A stretch of DNA of 63,373 nucleotides, filler included, from Intoshia linei (GCA_001642005.1; 7 parts of 7 records of this genome joined end to end with filler, not necessarily neighbours in it); one strand, 5' to 3'; shown: positions 12,101-25,796, numbered from the whole stretch's first letter. Translations and numbers: made by a program. The notes: generated from the sequence alone by a model not told the origin.

Positions 12101-15100
12101 CAATTATGGCACACATCATCAAAAGTATTTTTCCATGATGGACATTATTTTAATAATGATATAAGTGTATTTTTAAATCTACTAATTGTATATTTATACT
12201 TATTAAGGTGTCCCATTTGGGTCTTTTTTAAGATATCGAAAAGTATTTTTCATTTATATTGGAACACTGTTGTCTAATATTTCAGATACTTTCTAATAAT
12301 CACCAAATGTAGCCATAATGCAAACTACTTTGATACCTTTTCATTATAATTATTATAATTAATTAGTTGGACACCCTAATACTTATTCATTTTTATTTAT
12401 TAATTTTCTTTTAGTTTAATGATACGTTATTTACGGTATTACCATCTAAAAATGAATTAAACCCGACTACTGTTTTGATTTTCGAATTATGGCTTTTGAA
12501 AGGAAATATACTACCAAATGATAGAGTTATTGGTTGGTCTTGTTTTCCAGTTTGCGATCATTTTTTTAATATTGTCCATGGAAAGTAATATTCATTTATA
12601 CTTGTATTTATGTATTTTCTTATTTACGTATTAAAAATTTTTATTCTGATTTCAATGTTGTTTAAAGGCATTTGAGGGTTGGGTCACGATATTATGAATA
12701 AATTTTAAACTTTATTTTAAGTATATTTTTGAGTCTCACATTCATGTATAATGTACATTTATTTTTAAATTAATTTAAAAAGGGTCCCTACTTGAATCCA
12801 ACAATTTCTACTAAAAATGGTTGGATTTAAGAATATTCCATGTTGGCTTAAATTTATTAAAAAAATCCAAGGATCATAATACATATTTATAATATAATGT
12901 ATACCTAATAATAATATCATAAAGTAAAAAAGAAATTTAATGTTAATTTCTTGACCGAGTTTGGCCTGGCCTTGCACTATTATAAAACAGTTTTTATTAA
13001 TTTTAGATATAAATGTCTTTTCTTGAGAGGATGCTACGACGCCCGTATAGATAAATATTCAACATGCTTCAACAAGATATCTCAAGATTTAGATCATTGG
13101 CTTTGCAATTTTTATATAGATATTAAGAAACTACCAAGGTAAGTATTACATACTTGCATTTAAAAATTTAATATTATATACATTACGACAGTCTGTAAAC
13201 GCTATAGGTTTGGCGCCATAAATTTTTAAAACAGATTTTTTAATTCTATTATTGCAAATTACACTGTACTGCAAAATTAAAAAATTGTATTTCTTTCGCA
13301 TATTCTGGCTAGTATTCTGCTTTTTTTAAAAATAAATAATAATTTTTTCTAAAACATTATTGTAAAATCGAAATCTAAAAAAAGTTTGACGACCACTGTA
13401 TTATGCATTGAGTATACTGAATTATATATTGTAATATAACTGTGTAATTAATACATCCATTTTATGATGCGGGCTATTAAAATACACTATATAACTGTTT
13501 TCCAAACTAGTTTTTTTCGAGTCTCGACTTGCTTTAAGTGTAAGCCTGGTGTCTATAACTTTTTTAACAATAGAGGAGGTGATATATGCAGGACCGTGGA
13601 GAGCCAGCAGTAGGCCCCTATAAAATTTTTTAAGAAAATGGAATTTTTTAAATAATACATGGCTTAAGAGATAGTTCATTATCTAAAAATTAAAAATAAT
13701 TAATTATTTAATTAAATATTAATTACCAATTATGTATCAATAATTAACCAGATCTTCACTTTATAAACATATTTTAGTTTTAGTTTTAGTTGTTTTTTTT
13801 AATAAAATATTTCGAAAAAAAAAATATGAATACTAAAATGCTTTTAAACTAAAACTAAAAACCGTGAAGTCGTCACTTATTCGGATTGAAATTTTCTGTG
13901 TGTGTTAACAGGATACAACTGTACCTACCTGTAAATTTTTTGAAATTCTAGGGCTGTTTTCATAAAAAAAGAAGGGTAATACTGTAATTGTTTTAAATTC
14001 TAGGGCTGTTTTCATTAAAAAAAGAAGGGTAATTTGTGGTTTTGTCCCTGAAGATATAATTTTTTTATATTTAAATTTATGATAATGTTTATGATTTTAA
14101 AATTCGTATCAGAGTATACATTTTTTAAATTCGTTGACTAATTTTGTAAACTCGTTAGATTTTCAAAAAAAAAGATAATTGGTTTTTTTGATTTGTAAGA
14201 TGTGAGTTTGGGAGATTAAAATTTATTTTACTAACACCGCGGAATAAACTGTAATAGAAATGTGGAATTAATAAACTTCTAAGACGGGTAGTTATTTAAA
14301 TAAAGCTGAACACACACACACTATAATTATAATTATATAATCTACATTTACCCTATTTAGCTGTATTTACACAGCACTAATTTTAACCCTTTCACTGTCT
14401 AATACTATTTTATGATGCATCATCACACGTCTGGAATTTATTTTTTAATTTAAACTTGTATTATTTTTAAATTACCTACATTTTATGTGAAAATGTATGA
14501 TAATAAAAGAATAAACTTTTTCAAAATTATTCTGTGTATATCATAGAATACACAGACGTGTGAAGTGAAATTGCTGTATATAGTATAGAATACACAGACA
14601 GTAAAAGGGTTAATGGTAATGGAAGATTTTATTATACGATAATTTTCCAACATCACCTATTAATAAATTTAAAAAGTAGGCCCCCTATGATTGTAGGCCC
14701 GGGCCATATGGCCTTTAGCCCCCTCTCCACGGTCCTGGATATATGAAACATTTTTGAATGATAGCCACATTTATTAATTTACTGATGTATAAATATATTA
14801 TATATCCTGTACTAATCCGGGTCCAGACTCTGGACTCCAGGGTAATAAAACTAAATTCAACATATTACAATTGCTCACGCAATTGTTTTAGTTTAACCAT
14901 TATTAATTTAATATTAAATATTTTAATACAACTATGAAATCAAAATGTGTAACAATGTAATGGAATTAACGAAAACGTACGTATAAAAATAGAGAAATAT
15001 CGGCCCTTACAGTGATTTAATATGTATAGTATACTATGCATTTAATTGTAATTTTTATAAAAAAAAAACCCTTACAAAATGACATTAAAATGTTTAGATA

Positions 15101-18100
15101 CATGATAGGACACAAAGAATTTGAAATGGAAATTTCGATAACGTCTCCATTATTAGGATACCCTTATCGCAGAGTTATTGATACGCATAATAGCGACAAG
15201 GAAGACTATTACAAGAATAAAAATGATACTAAACAAAATTTTAATGAAAACATTAATGATTATAAAATCAAGTAAAAAAATAAATAATCAATTTAAATAA
15301 TTGACACATTTTAGTCAATCATATAACGAAGAAGAAGAAAAAACAATAACAAACCTGGTAATATTTTTTTACAAACAGATTCCTGTCAGTGTAGAACTTT
15401 CACTACGATTTTTTAAGAAAATTATCATAGCCTTACCATTGTATTTTGCATTAGGCCCTAGTGGCTAGGGCTATTTCCCTGTTTATATGAGATTATTACC
15501 TTCTAGTTTTTATTTAATTACAATTAATTTATTTATGATTGAAAAAACAGACCTAATGATTGGCATTTAGCAGAGTTGAACCTGTTATTCTCGAGTTCCC
15601 GAAAATCAAATATATCCTAATAAATTTTCACATCGATACGTAATGTTATATAGCCCCTAGTCATCTCTTGAGTGGCCTGAATTTGACAATTTAAATTTGA
15701 CACGCAAAATAGGTATGAACGTATAATATTAAAAAAAATTTAAATGCTTTAATTTTTTTAAATGCTCAACATCCAACGATGAGCCCCAATTTTACAAAAA
15801 TTTCGTCGAATCGCTTATTAGGGTCTCCGGTATGATAGGTTCGGCTTGCTCCGATCATATCCACCGAGCCTCATCCGCGATCCTGTATTAACTACCAATA
15901 TGTAATTAAAGCACCCTACAAATGTATTTATAATAAAAACTTGATGTATAATTGTATGACGTTAATTTAGAATCAATTTAATCGCAATTTTTCAACTATA
16001 ATTTCATATGAAAATGACTACAAAAATTACGATCATGAAAATAATGATTCAACAACGAGAAAAATTAGAATGCTAGCTTTACAAGAAGAAAATACAATGC
16101 GAGAAGTAGAAAATTACCCTGGAATGTATTATAAGGTTTGTATTATATTTTTATACATAAACATTATAGCATGCGTCCCCTTGTTTTATTTATAATTTTA
16201 ATGGTTGTATCACTTAAAAAGACTGAAAAAACCTTAAAATTTAATAAATTAAGTGAATAATATTGAATTTAACGAATTTTTATATTCAAAGAGTACATCT
16301 TTTATTATTTTTGCGTTTGATAATTTTATTAATTTTTTGAAAAGTTACAGTATAAATATTTATTTACTCATTTTTTTGAATGTGAAACTTTAGTAAAATA
16401 TCCATTATATACAATTTTTGCACTTTTTTAGGAATTTCGTTGATTCATTGAATCTGATAATATAAAATGGTTAAAATCCACAAGCATTAACGAATAAATA
16501 ATGATACATGATTTTAGAAATACTATAAAGAATATGAAAGCCATACCAATAAAAAATTATACTCAATATTACCATCAGACAGCTCTAAAATTCAAGATAC
16601 GTTAGAAAAGGCAAATTTCATTAATAATTGGTCTAATGACGAAGATGAATTTAAAAAAGTAAAATTAGAAGAATTGGAAATGCACAAATTTAGCGTAAAG
16701 TAATATGCAACTAATACAAATAAAAAATTAATAATTCAATTTAGAGAATGTATAGAAGAAACTGTTGAACATCGCAAACTAAACTGGAATAGATTAAAAT
16801 ATATTCAAAATGTAGCACTAGGAGAATTTGGTTTTAGAAACTGGTCAACTGTGGAATTTTGGCAAAATATTTTTTTTTTAATAGCCATATTCTTTTTGAA
16901 ATCATACATTCATTATACATTTCAATGGCTATTTTTACAGTTTTTAGAAATTCCTATAAACAAGTAAACAAAATATACATTTTTTATAAATTATTAATGT
17001 AGATTTGAATTACTGATCGGATCTGGTATATTAAACTATCAACAATCAATATTAAGCCCAATTAATTTAATTTTCTTTATACTTGTTGGACCTATGAGTA
17101 TTTTGATGGTTTTTTTAATACTTGTTGGGTTCAGTGTGCTGTTACAAGTGATTGCTGGATTTATACCAAACATTGGATCTAAATTTATACTCATTTTTGG
17201 ATTCCACGCATTTTTTGATCCTTTAACCATCTGTATTGATGATTTAGCTAGACTGGTTTTAATTTATTTTAATAATTCTACGTCATTTATTTTTAGCGGT
17301 TTTATCGTATTCCAACACAACACATTGCTGACTGTGTCAAATTGTATTGGTATTATGAAATATCAGAAAATGCTGGGATTTATGGAATCGTATTAATTCT
17401 ATTATTATACGCTCTTTTCATGTTTTTATCTCTGACTTTACTATACATTTACTTTTTAAGGTAAAATGACTTTCAAAGGAACCTTACAATTATTACATTA
17501 ATCTAGATTACATAATAATGGACGATTAATTGATTTATATCAAAGATTAAATTGTTCTAATGACATGTTTTGTGTACCAAATGATACAGAAATATCGATA
17601 AACCAATTGCAAACCATAATAAGAGAATCTGATAATTGGCGCGGAGAAGATGGGGACAGAAGAAAAGTCATAATTATAGATTACTACTGGAAATATGAAA
17701 ATGAATCGGAGGATGCAACAAATGAAAATGATTCGGTAAAAACATTTATTTATTCGTTCATTATAATTACAATCATTCTAGATAGCTGTAAATGAGGAAA
17801 TAACAACTCATGTATCTATATATACAATTCGTATGGATGGTCATAGAGATTTATATCGTCAATTTCTTCGATCGCCGGATGGGGCCATAAGTGAAGTAAG
17901 ACTATTTTATCAAATTTATACTGTGAACAAAATTAATCATACATGTGTCTAGGGCAGGGGTCGGCAAACCGTGATCCACTGAATAATTTTGGTGGCCCAT
18001 TGAGTAAATATGTAAATTGTTTATTTTTAAATTTTAAACAATGTCTTAAATATTTTTTGTTATAATTGGCTCATCATAATCATTTTAATTTTCAGATCGT

Positions 18101-18978
18101 CCCGGATTTTATTTTATTGAATATACTTGAACCATTTATCTTCAGTTAAAATTTAAATATATCATGTGTAAATTTTCAGAAACGGATCCGTGGAATTTTT
18201 TAATATAAAAAGTGGCCCACAAGATGGAAAAAGTTGCCAACCCCTGATCTAGGTCAAATTTTTAATAACTTATAGAAATTAAAACAATAATCTAAAATCT
18301 AATTTTTAATAACTTAACTTTTAGAAATTTTTTATATGCGTAATAATAAAAATTATTTTATAGAAAAAAGTTTAGATCTAATAAAAGAATTTTTTTAAAT
18401 TTTAATACATATGTCAGCAAGTTTTAATTAATTAGAAAAACTGAGGCAAAGTCAAAAATGTAACTTTTTGGTTAAAATATTTTAAATTGCCCTTGAATAA
18501 AATCTGATTCAAACTTTTCAATTTGATAATTTCAAAACCACAAATTACCCTATGTTTAAAAAGTAAAACATGTAATAAAATTTTGTAAAACATAAATTCT
18601 GGGATAGTTTTTATTATTAATAAAATGCATCTCGTTTAATCAATTCCTAAAAAATGATTCTAGATTTTCCATGAATTACACTTTTTAAAGTCTTCCAAGC
18701 CACCAAAGGAAGAAAATGTTCGAAATCAGAGAATATTTAGTCGCATATCTCAAGATCTAGGTACTACATCATTATCAAAACTAAAACAAAAAAAGTCTGA
18801 AATTCTGACTCCAATACAAGAAAATTCAACAAACAAAAACTTTAAAAAAATAGAACCTGAAAATAGGTACGTAGAAAGAGAATCTAGCGAAAGCATCCAA
18901 GATTCGAACTCTACAATTATAAGTATCTTGGAAGATTCCGAAACAAAATCTCTTCGAAAAAGATCGAAAAACATTTAA
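9200..18978 (+). CDS. OFCC1: OFCC1 / ojoplano (Opo) homolog, multi-exon protein with a multi-pass TM region
   Basis: Exons encode RVDWKNSPQPVEIKLVSLRGLRDK, LIFELWLLKG...RVIGWSCFPVCD, KYKCLFLRGCYD...DLDHWLCNFY, LHNNGRLIDLYQRL, WRGEDGDRRKV and HVSIYT...LYRQFLRSPDGAISE, which I recall as OFCC1-family motifs; TAA at 18976-18978; ATG 9200 is less certain. Confidence 0.85.
12204..12378. mobile_element. hATm-type MITE, 175 bp, in an OFCC1 intron
   Basis: Ends TAAGGTGTCC / GGACACCCTA with perfect 8-bp TSD ATACTTAT. Confidence 0.85.
13735..14320 (-). mobile_element. Helitron-family copy nested in the hAT element
   Basis: Reverse-complement match to ~7480-7950 and to ~26490-26545; boundaries approximate. 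Confidence 0.75.
14387..14609. mobile_element. piggyBac MITE, 223 bp
   Basis: TTAA|CCCTTTCACTGTCT ... AGACAGTAAAAGGG|TTAA (14-bp TIR with 1 mismatch, TTAA TSD). Confidence 0.9.
15575..15890. repeat. Interspersed repeat related to ~37070-37310 (reverse complement)
   Basis: Shared blocks AAAATTTCGTCGA, TTTTTTAA(A)TGCT, TTGACA-TTTAAAT and CTCTTGAGT. Confidence 0.55.
17955..18246. mobile_element. Charlie/Buster-type hAT MITE
   Basis: CAGGGGTCGGCAAAC ... GTTGCCAACCCCTG; flanks GTCTAGGG/ATCTAGGT (NTCTAGNN target); second copy at ~52767-53005. Confidence 0.85.
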
Positions 18979-19210
18979 TTACATAAAATGTAAATTGTAA
19001 ATAAACTATATCACACAACTTTAATTTAAATTATCCATAACAACGTTGAAATTATAACTTTATTAGTAACAAAACAATCTTTCAAATTTTTGTAAACTTT
19101 GGATATATTATTTATATTTGCAAAATTTTATCTTTCCATCTACACAAAAAACGTTTGACTGACTGAATTGGTAAATAAATAAATTTTTATAAAATTAAAA
19201 TATTTAGAAT

Positions 19211-21511
19211 ATGAGAATCGAGTCAAAATTATTGCAAATTTATTCATTAAAATACCAAAATTTATATTTTGATTTTGAACAAAGTTATGTGACTAAATTG
19301 AAAAACAAGCAAATCCCTGTGGATGGTTCTTTATCTTTATCCGACATTTTAAACTTAACAGTTGGTCAATTTATTCAAATATTTGGTAAATACAATCTAA
19401 GTAACATTAGTATGGACGACGCATATAGTTATTTGAAAACTACGAAATTGGTGAAATGTAATTTGATTGAAGATTGTGATTTTACTGGTTCTTTGAATCA
19501 AAATTATTACAACGAATATTGTAGTGTTACGATTTTGGTATTTTTAAAAAAATTTAAATCCAACAACAAAAATTGTATTGTTCACCACTTACTCAGTCAC
19601 ATTATAATTATTTTTGGTTTGATTGATAAATCAGATTTTGACGCTGTAATCCATTTTAAAAGGCCTATAGACCACTTTAATCCAGATATTGAGGACTACA
19701 TGAATCCTAAAATCGGGGACAGCGATTCAAGTCCAAATGACACCATTTCCGATTTGAAATTGGATGCAATCGCTTTAAAAGAATTTCCTAGTGATGACAT
19801 GTATGATATGCCATTGTATAAAGATTTTGGCGAATTTTCTGGTGCCTTTACTAATCCCGACGATTTAATGGATAAAAACAAATCTTGGGACAACGAATCC
19901 ATTTGTAATGATTTGGAATCTTTGGATCCCTCAAAATGCAATGTTAAAGTTTTGTACAAATCAAATAGTATCAATTCGGTTCCAAAGAAGAGAAGTTTAA
20001 AATGTAAAATACCGTTTAATCCCATTTCCGATGATGGAAATTTGCAAATATTTAATGGTAAAAATTGTGTCAATATCAAAACTAAAAATGGAATAGAAGT
20101 CTTTGATTATTATGATAAACAGGACTGTGGTAATTATTTTTTTTCCGTGTTTTAATTTTATTTAGATAATGTCAAATATCCTCCAATGCCACAACCTAAA
20201 CAAAATCAGTTCATTGTTAGTAAAAATGACGCGTATGTTTTGGCAGAACAGCTCAAAAATGATTTTTCTGAAGAAAATCGAATTAAGGTTAATATTTTGT
20301 TAAATTTTAAAATTTTTTACAGAAACTGGCTGTAAATTATATCATTGAATTTAAAAATACAAAAGGTAAGCACGATAATCTCTATTGTAAAATTTGCAAA
20401 AATCGCAAATTCACTGCCCCATCAACTCTTCTTTGTCATTATAGGTCTCATGCCGGTATTTTTTTATTTAGACATGGCTAATCACTTTCTAGGTATCAGA
20501 AGATTTAAATGTACATTTTGTTGTTCCTCTTTTACCAGACAACACAGTCTGAATTATCACATATTGATTCATAATCGTGTCAACAGATTCTATTGTGCAA
20601 TTTGTTTTAAACCATTTCGACATCCCACTCATTTCAAGGTTACACATTAATATTTAATAAACAATTTATAAATATGTTAGGAACACATCTTGAGTCACAA
20701 GGGTGATGATCCTTATAAATGTGATGATTGCAATGCCGGCTTTCGAACTAAATTCATGTTAAAACGGCACATTAAAAGCAAATGTGGCACGCTGACTGAA
20801 AAAGAACCGAGGGCACAACGAATTACCCAACACTTGGTGAAATCTAAAATTACTAATATGTCCTATCCAACCAATACTGATTTCAATCGGCAATACAACA
20901 ATGTTCCGCATAATGCATTTAACGCATCCACAAATTTTAAAGAAATAAAACCACAGATTCAAGGTAAATTTGTTCAACCTCAAGGATACACGCCTGCTGG
21001 AAATTTGGATAGATGTGTTCAAAATATATATAAAGAAAATCTCCAAAATCAAAACTACAATTACGTTCCAGAGAATTACTTCAATGGAAACCCTCAAGCG
21101 ATAAATGACCAGTATTATCAAGGATATCTAAATTATGTCCAATATTACAAACAAAAATCTACAAATAACTCTAATGCAATGCATAAACGCATTGAATGTT
21201 GTAAAAATAAATATCAGGATACCAAAGCAGTTGCTGCTCAAACTCTGATTCAAAATTGTATTAGTCCTTCAGAAATAGTTGAATACAAAACAATACCAAA
21301 AGAAAATTTACGCGGCACATTAAATTCTCCACTAAAAACACAAATTGTGTTTAGTGTACTCAATAGTAAAAAAAAAAAATGTGTCGCTCATAGAAAGCGT
21401 ATTAATTATAGCAAATTGAAGGGCATTGATCCGCATGTTACTGACGAACAACCCTGCAAATTGCTGCATTTTTGTCGAAATATGAATGCCAATCTTTTCC
21501 AAGAAAGTTAA
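19211..21511 (+). CDS. C2H2 zinc-finger protein with 4 tandem fingers; introns 20130-20165, 20288-20322, 20456-20492, 20639-20680
   Basis: Spliced: YCKICKNRKFTAPSTLLCHYRSH-AGIRR-FKCTFCCSSFTRQHSLNYHILIH-...FYCAICFKPFRHPTHFKEHILSH-KGDDP-YKCDDCNAGFRTKFMLKRHIKSKC; the 5' ORF may hide further introns. Confidence 0.88.
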
Positions 21512-23928
21512 TTTATTCAGTTTTGTACATAAATTTTTTGTAATTACAATTTTATAAAATTTCAATTGAACTATCAGAGTCTATACAATTATCAGACGAT
21601 TCCAGGTTAGATAGTGAATCTAAATGCAAATTATAAATATTAATTTACTGAATCTCAAAAGGGTAATGACATTTCAACGTTTTTAAATTAATCGTATTTA
21701 CTAAATTCATTTAGATTTTAAATGGTATTACATTATTTTTCAGAACCCTGTAACAATTTCGTTCTATTTACAAACAAAAATTTCAGTTTCTTGCGCCAGC
21801 CACTTTGGCTAACACCGCCAATATATAATCTAGGTGAGTGTTGACCAATCTGGTGGAAAAAATCAAAATAGTTTTTCTAGTCCCTGAAATTAATTCTACC
21901 ACCCTGGTTAATAAACTGTACTAATCGGCTAAATTGGGAAATGATATTACGATGAAATTTGTTATATTTTGTGTTAGTCCCAAATAAATCTTTTTCCAAT
22001 GTCTGAAAATCTATAAAACAATTATGTACACCTAGGATGCCCTACCTGTCGATCGCCAAAATTAAAAAATTAGAATTAATTTTTAATTTTAATAATACTT
22101 GACATTAAAATGATCTCTATTTTAAAAAATTTATTTTAATATTTATAAAATTTAATTGTATTTATATATTAAAAAGTAGTATATTATATGTGGAATGGTT
22201 ACCGGAATTTTACTTAGTTAACCCCTTATTTAGCAATATGATATACGGCTACATTAAATTATAACACTTGCATTAGTCCACTATTTCTTATACTAGTTTT
22301 TGTCGATAATTTTCCAAATATACAGCAAAAGTGCTTAGAATTATTCCAAATTTTAATTTTTTTGTTTCCTACAATCATACTTTTTAATTTTTAACATAGG
22401 TTCCGATCAGAAACATTTTTAGAATTAATTAAACGATTGAGCTTGACGATTTTGACAGAGTTTATTAATATTAGGTACTAATTTTGTAAGCTTTAATTGT
22501 ATATCTCCCCTTTTTGAAATTTGTAGTCTATTTCTTTTTTATGTCAGTAAGTCTATAACTGCACTAAACCTGCATTCTGCTAAATAAGATTATGGAAATG
22601 GTAACAAAGCAATCCTACCAAAAGTAGGATAATTTTTGAAAGCTTCTTCGGTAAGCCATATCATAATACCTTTGATGATAAATACAGTTTGTAAAGATTT
22701 ATCATGCATTAATATATACAATCTTCTTGGTATTTGATATTTACATGTAATAATAAGTCCACCAAAAAAGGTTGTGTCAGCCACAAAGAAAAATGCATAA
22801 GTTTGATATCTTCAAAACGTATATTAAAATCATTTTTCATTATTTTTGAATGATTTAATATAATAGTAGTATCAATCTATTATTATTCTAATCAATGTAT
22901 TAGTCGATAGCATCAAAAAAAGGTTGGGCACCCCTGATCAAATAAAATTAAAAAATATCATTTTTTTAGAATAACGGCGCATCTCTATACATTATTGATA
23001 TTATTTTAGAACTACACAAGTGTATTTTAAAGTACATATTGGCAGTGCTTCTCAACAGATAGATATCAAAATATTATTCATTTTTAAAAAACAAATACAG
23101 ATATACTTTAATCCATGAATTATTTCAAAAGTATAAATTTGTCCACATTTGTGGGAAGGGGGAATTACAGTATTTAATAATAACAAAATAGCTAAAAAAT
23201 AAACGTTCCAATATTTTCGATAATCACTCAGAATAATCACAATATTGATCCATAATTTTTGAAATAACCTAATGTAGTAGTTAGTCAAAGTGGTCGAGGA
23301 CTCTTCGGTTGTCGCTGATAATTTCAATAAGGTTTTTACTTTATTTTTTTACTTATTCATGCGAAAAAGGTTTTTCTACATTTGATGAAAATGTATGACA
23401 TTTTTGAAAAAAATTGATAAATATCAATTTATCATTAATAAATAATTTGTTAAAAAGAAAGTTAAAAATCAGTTCCCCTTTTAAATTTTACTACATACTA
23501 AGTATTAACTACGTATTAAGTAAATACTTTTAGAATTAGGGCTTGCATTTTTTAATTTAAGAAACACTGCCTCAATACAAAGTCGAATCTATCATGCTCG
23601 ATCCTTTCCTCAGCAATCAAATTTTTGAAATTTTTTTTGTAAACGATTCATAAAACATAGTTCTAGCCATATCACATCACGGTCCTAACTTAGACAGTTT
23701 AAATTTTGCACAAAAAAATATACTTATATAATTTTTAAATATCAATTACGAAAATTAACCTCCATTTAAAAATTTTTGTCAAGCCTACTCGAAGGGTCAC
23801 GGTATAGTATATTTGGCTTTCCCCCAAGTGTTTTAATCATGAATTGATTAAATCTATTTTATTTAATTATATTTTAAATCAATTCACTGGGCATGCAATT
23901 ATTTTTAGATGAAAAGATGCTCTTATAG

Positions 23929-25330
23929 CTAAGTCAGTTGGTCGCCACAGATAAATGAATAAACTGTGTTGTTAAAGTCTGAAATCACTAAATTAATGCA
24001 TACCATCCGATAATACAATTGGAAATAGATTTTGATTAGATGGTAGTGGTATTTTGGGAGTAGAAACGGCAATTCCTAAAAATAATATATATATTTTAAA
24101 ATAGCATACCTTTTTTTTTCATTTCCACTTGATAACTCATTTCAGCGTGCTTTTCTTCTGTTTTCGATAACTTAACATCCTGTTCAATAAATAATGAATC
24201 ATGTTCAAATGGTAACTAAATAAAATAATAAAAAACTTACTAAAAATCATACCATGGCCATATGCTCAACATTTTTTCGTATAACAATAGAAAGCAATCT
24301 ATCCTTAATCCGAAACTCTGGGTTAATTGGAATATTCAAAGTATCTTCCTTATATTTCAACAATTCACTTAAATCTTGATACGAACAACGACTGAATGGG
24401 TAATTTTCGTCTACCACTCTTTCTATAAAACGAATATATAAAAATGTATTAAAAATACCAGAAATTTCTTGTTTAGCAATTTGTCGATTATAGATTCTGT
24501 TTTCCATTGTACCAAATGAAATTAAGCGATATATGCTTACAGGTTTATTTTGGCCATATCGATAAATTCTAAATAAAGCTTGCCTATCCATGCACGGATT
24601 CCAATTCACGTCCATTATAATCGCCCTTGAAGCTGCCACTAGGTTTATACCCAAACAAACAGCTTTAGTGGACAGTAAACATAACGGTACCTTGTTTTCT
24701 GGATCATTATATGATTTTACAATTGAATGTCTTTCGTTTAAATGCGTGGAACCGTCCATACGATAATACGATACGCCCTTCTTCCAATATTCGCCATTAG
24801 TTTTTCTTTTATGTAAAAATTTTTCAAACAAATTAAGCGTCATTAAACTCATACTAAATAAAACTATTTTTTCATTCAATTTGAGGGCTTCATCAATCAA
24901 TGAAATGGCAAAAACAAATTTAGGACTATGAAGAAGTTGAAACATGTGTTCATCTTTTAAGTCGTTTTCAATAAAAGATTTTGACCATAATAAGCCAGAA
25001 ATATCCGATTTATACGATTTTGCCTTTTTGGATTTTTTCTGTTGTTTAGGGTCATGTTTAACGCTAAGGTCATCAAAATCGTTAATATCAACGTCTGGTT
25101 CAGTTACGCAGTCTACTAGAATTTTTGGATGGTTCCAAATTTTTGATAAATGAGCAAATGATACGAGTACATTAATTCCAGACATTTTTCCATTATCTGA
25201 AACTCCTTCATATTTTAAAAATTGGTTTATATACAATTTATATAAATCTTTTTGTATTTTGGTCATATTTAGCATGATAATAAACTCTTGCTTTGGAGGT
25301 ATCGTTTGGAGGAGAATTGATTGATCACGT
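23929..25330 (-). CDS. RAD54L2: SNF2-family ATPase of the ARIP4/ATRX group, C-terminal helicase lobe only
   Basis: PPKQEFII, KIWNHP, EKIVLFS, YYRMDGST, LLSTKAVCLGINLVAA, DVNWNPC, RIYRYGQ, RVVDE, PFEHDSL; KIWNHP/NPC/RYGQ/PFEH favour ARIP4 over ATRX; in-frame 36-nt intron 24423-24458; 3' end tentative. Confidence 0.8.
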
Positions 25331-25796
25331 CTAGATAATTAATCATGTTTGATAATATTACAATTTAAATTTTAAATAGTATTTGTTATGGGATAATAAT
25401 TTCAAAAGTATTCTCCAAAAATCTGAAACAGGTCGACCGATTTTAATTTTATAAATAAACCTCATAAGTTTATTTTTTATTAACCCATTAGTGACCGACA
25501 CCCTTTATACTTGGTCAAACATTATGATTTTCGAAATGTGTTATTTAAATATGTGTAAAATTTCTAAAGTTTTGAGATACTAGAACTGGGTAAACTAGGA
25601 ATGACTACATATGTAGTCATTAGCCGCTAACCGGAAAACAACATTAGTAAGTCCAAAATATGTCGATAATCCGGTAAATGACTTTAGTTATATATATCTC
25701 GATATTCATTATGACTCAAAATTAAAATTTAACCAATAGGATTAAATGTCAATAGCAACAGCTATTTAAAGAAGTTTATATTCAATATTTGTAACG

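Larger units (their letters stand above)
13589..14737. mobile_element. Non-autonomous hAT element containing nested Helitron and piggyBac insertions
   Basis: Perfect 15-bp TIR CAGGACCGTGGAGAG / CTCTCCACGGTCCTG; perfect 8-bp TSD GATATATG (13581-13588, 14738-14745). Confidence 0.92.

Noticed and set aside
17039-21565. Minus-strand ORFs 17039-17230, 18750-18974, 19696-20079, 20759-21121, 21332-21565
   Set aside because: Antisense shadows of real plus-strand exons; no motifs
21740-23830. Additional minus-strand gene between the zinc-finger gene and RAD54L2
   Set aside because: Exon-like pieces with GT-AG borders exist, but I could not assemble a consistent open frame or recognise a family
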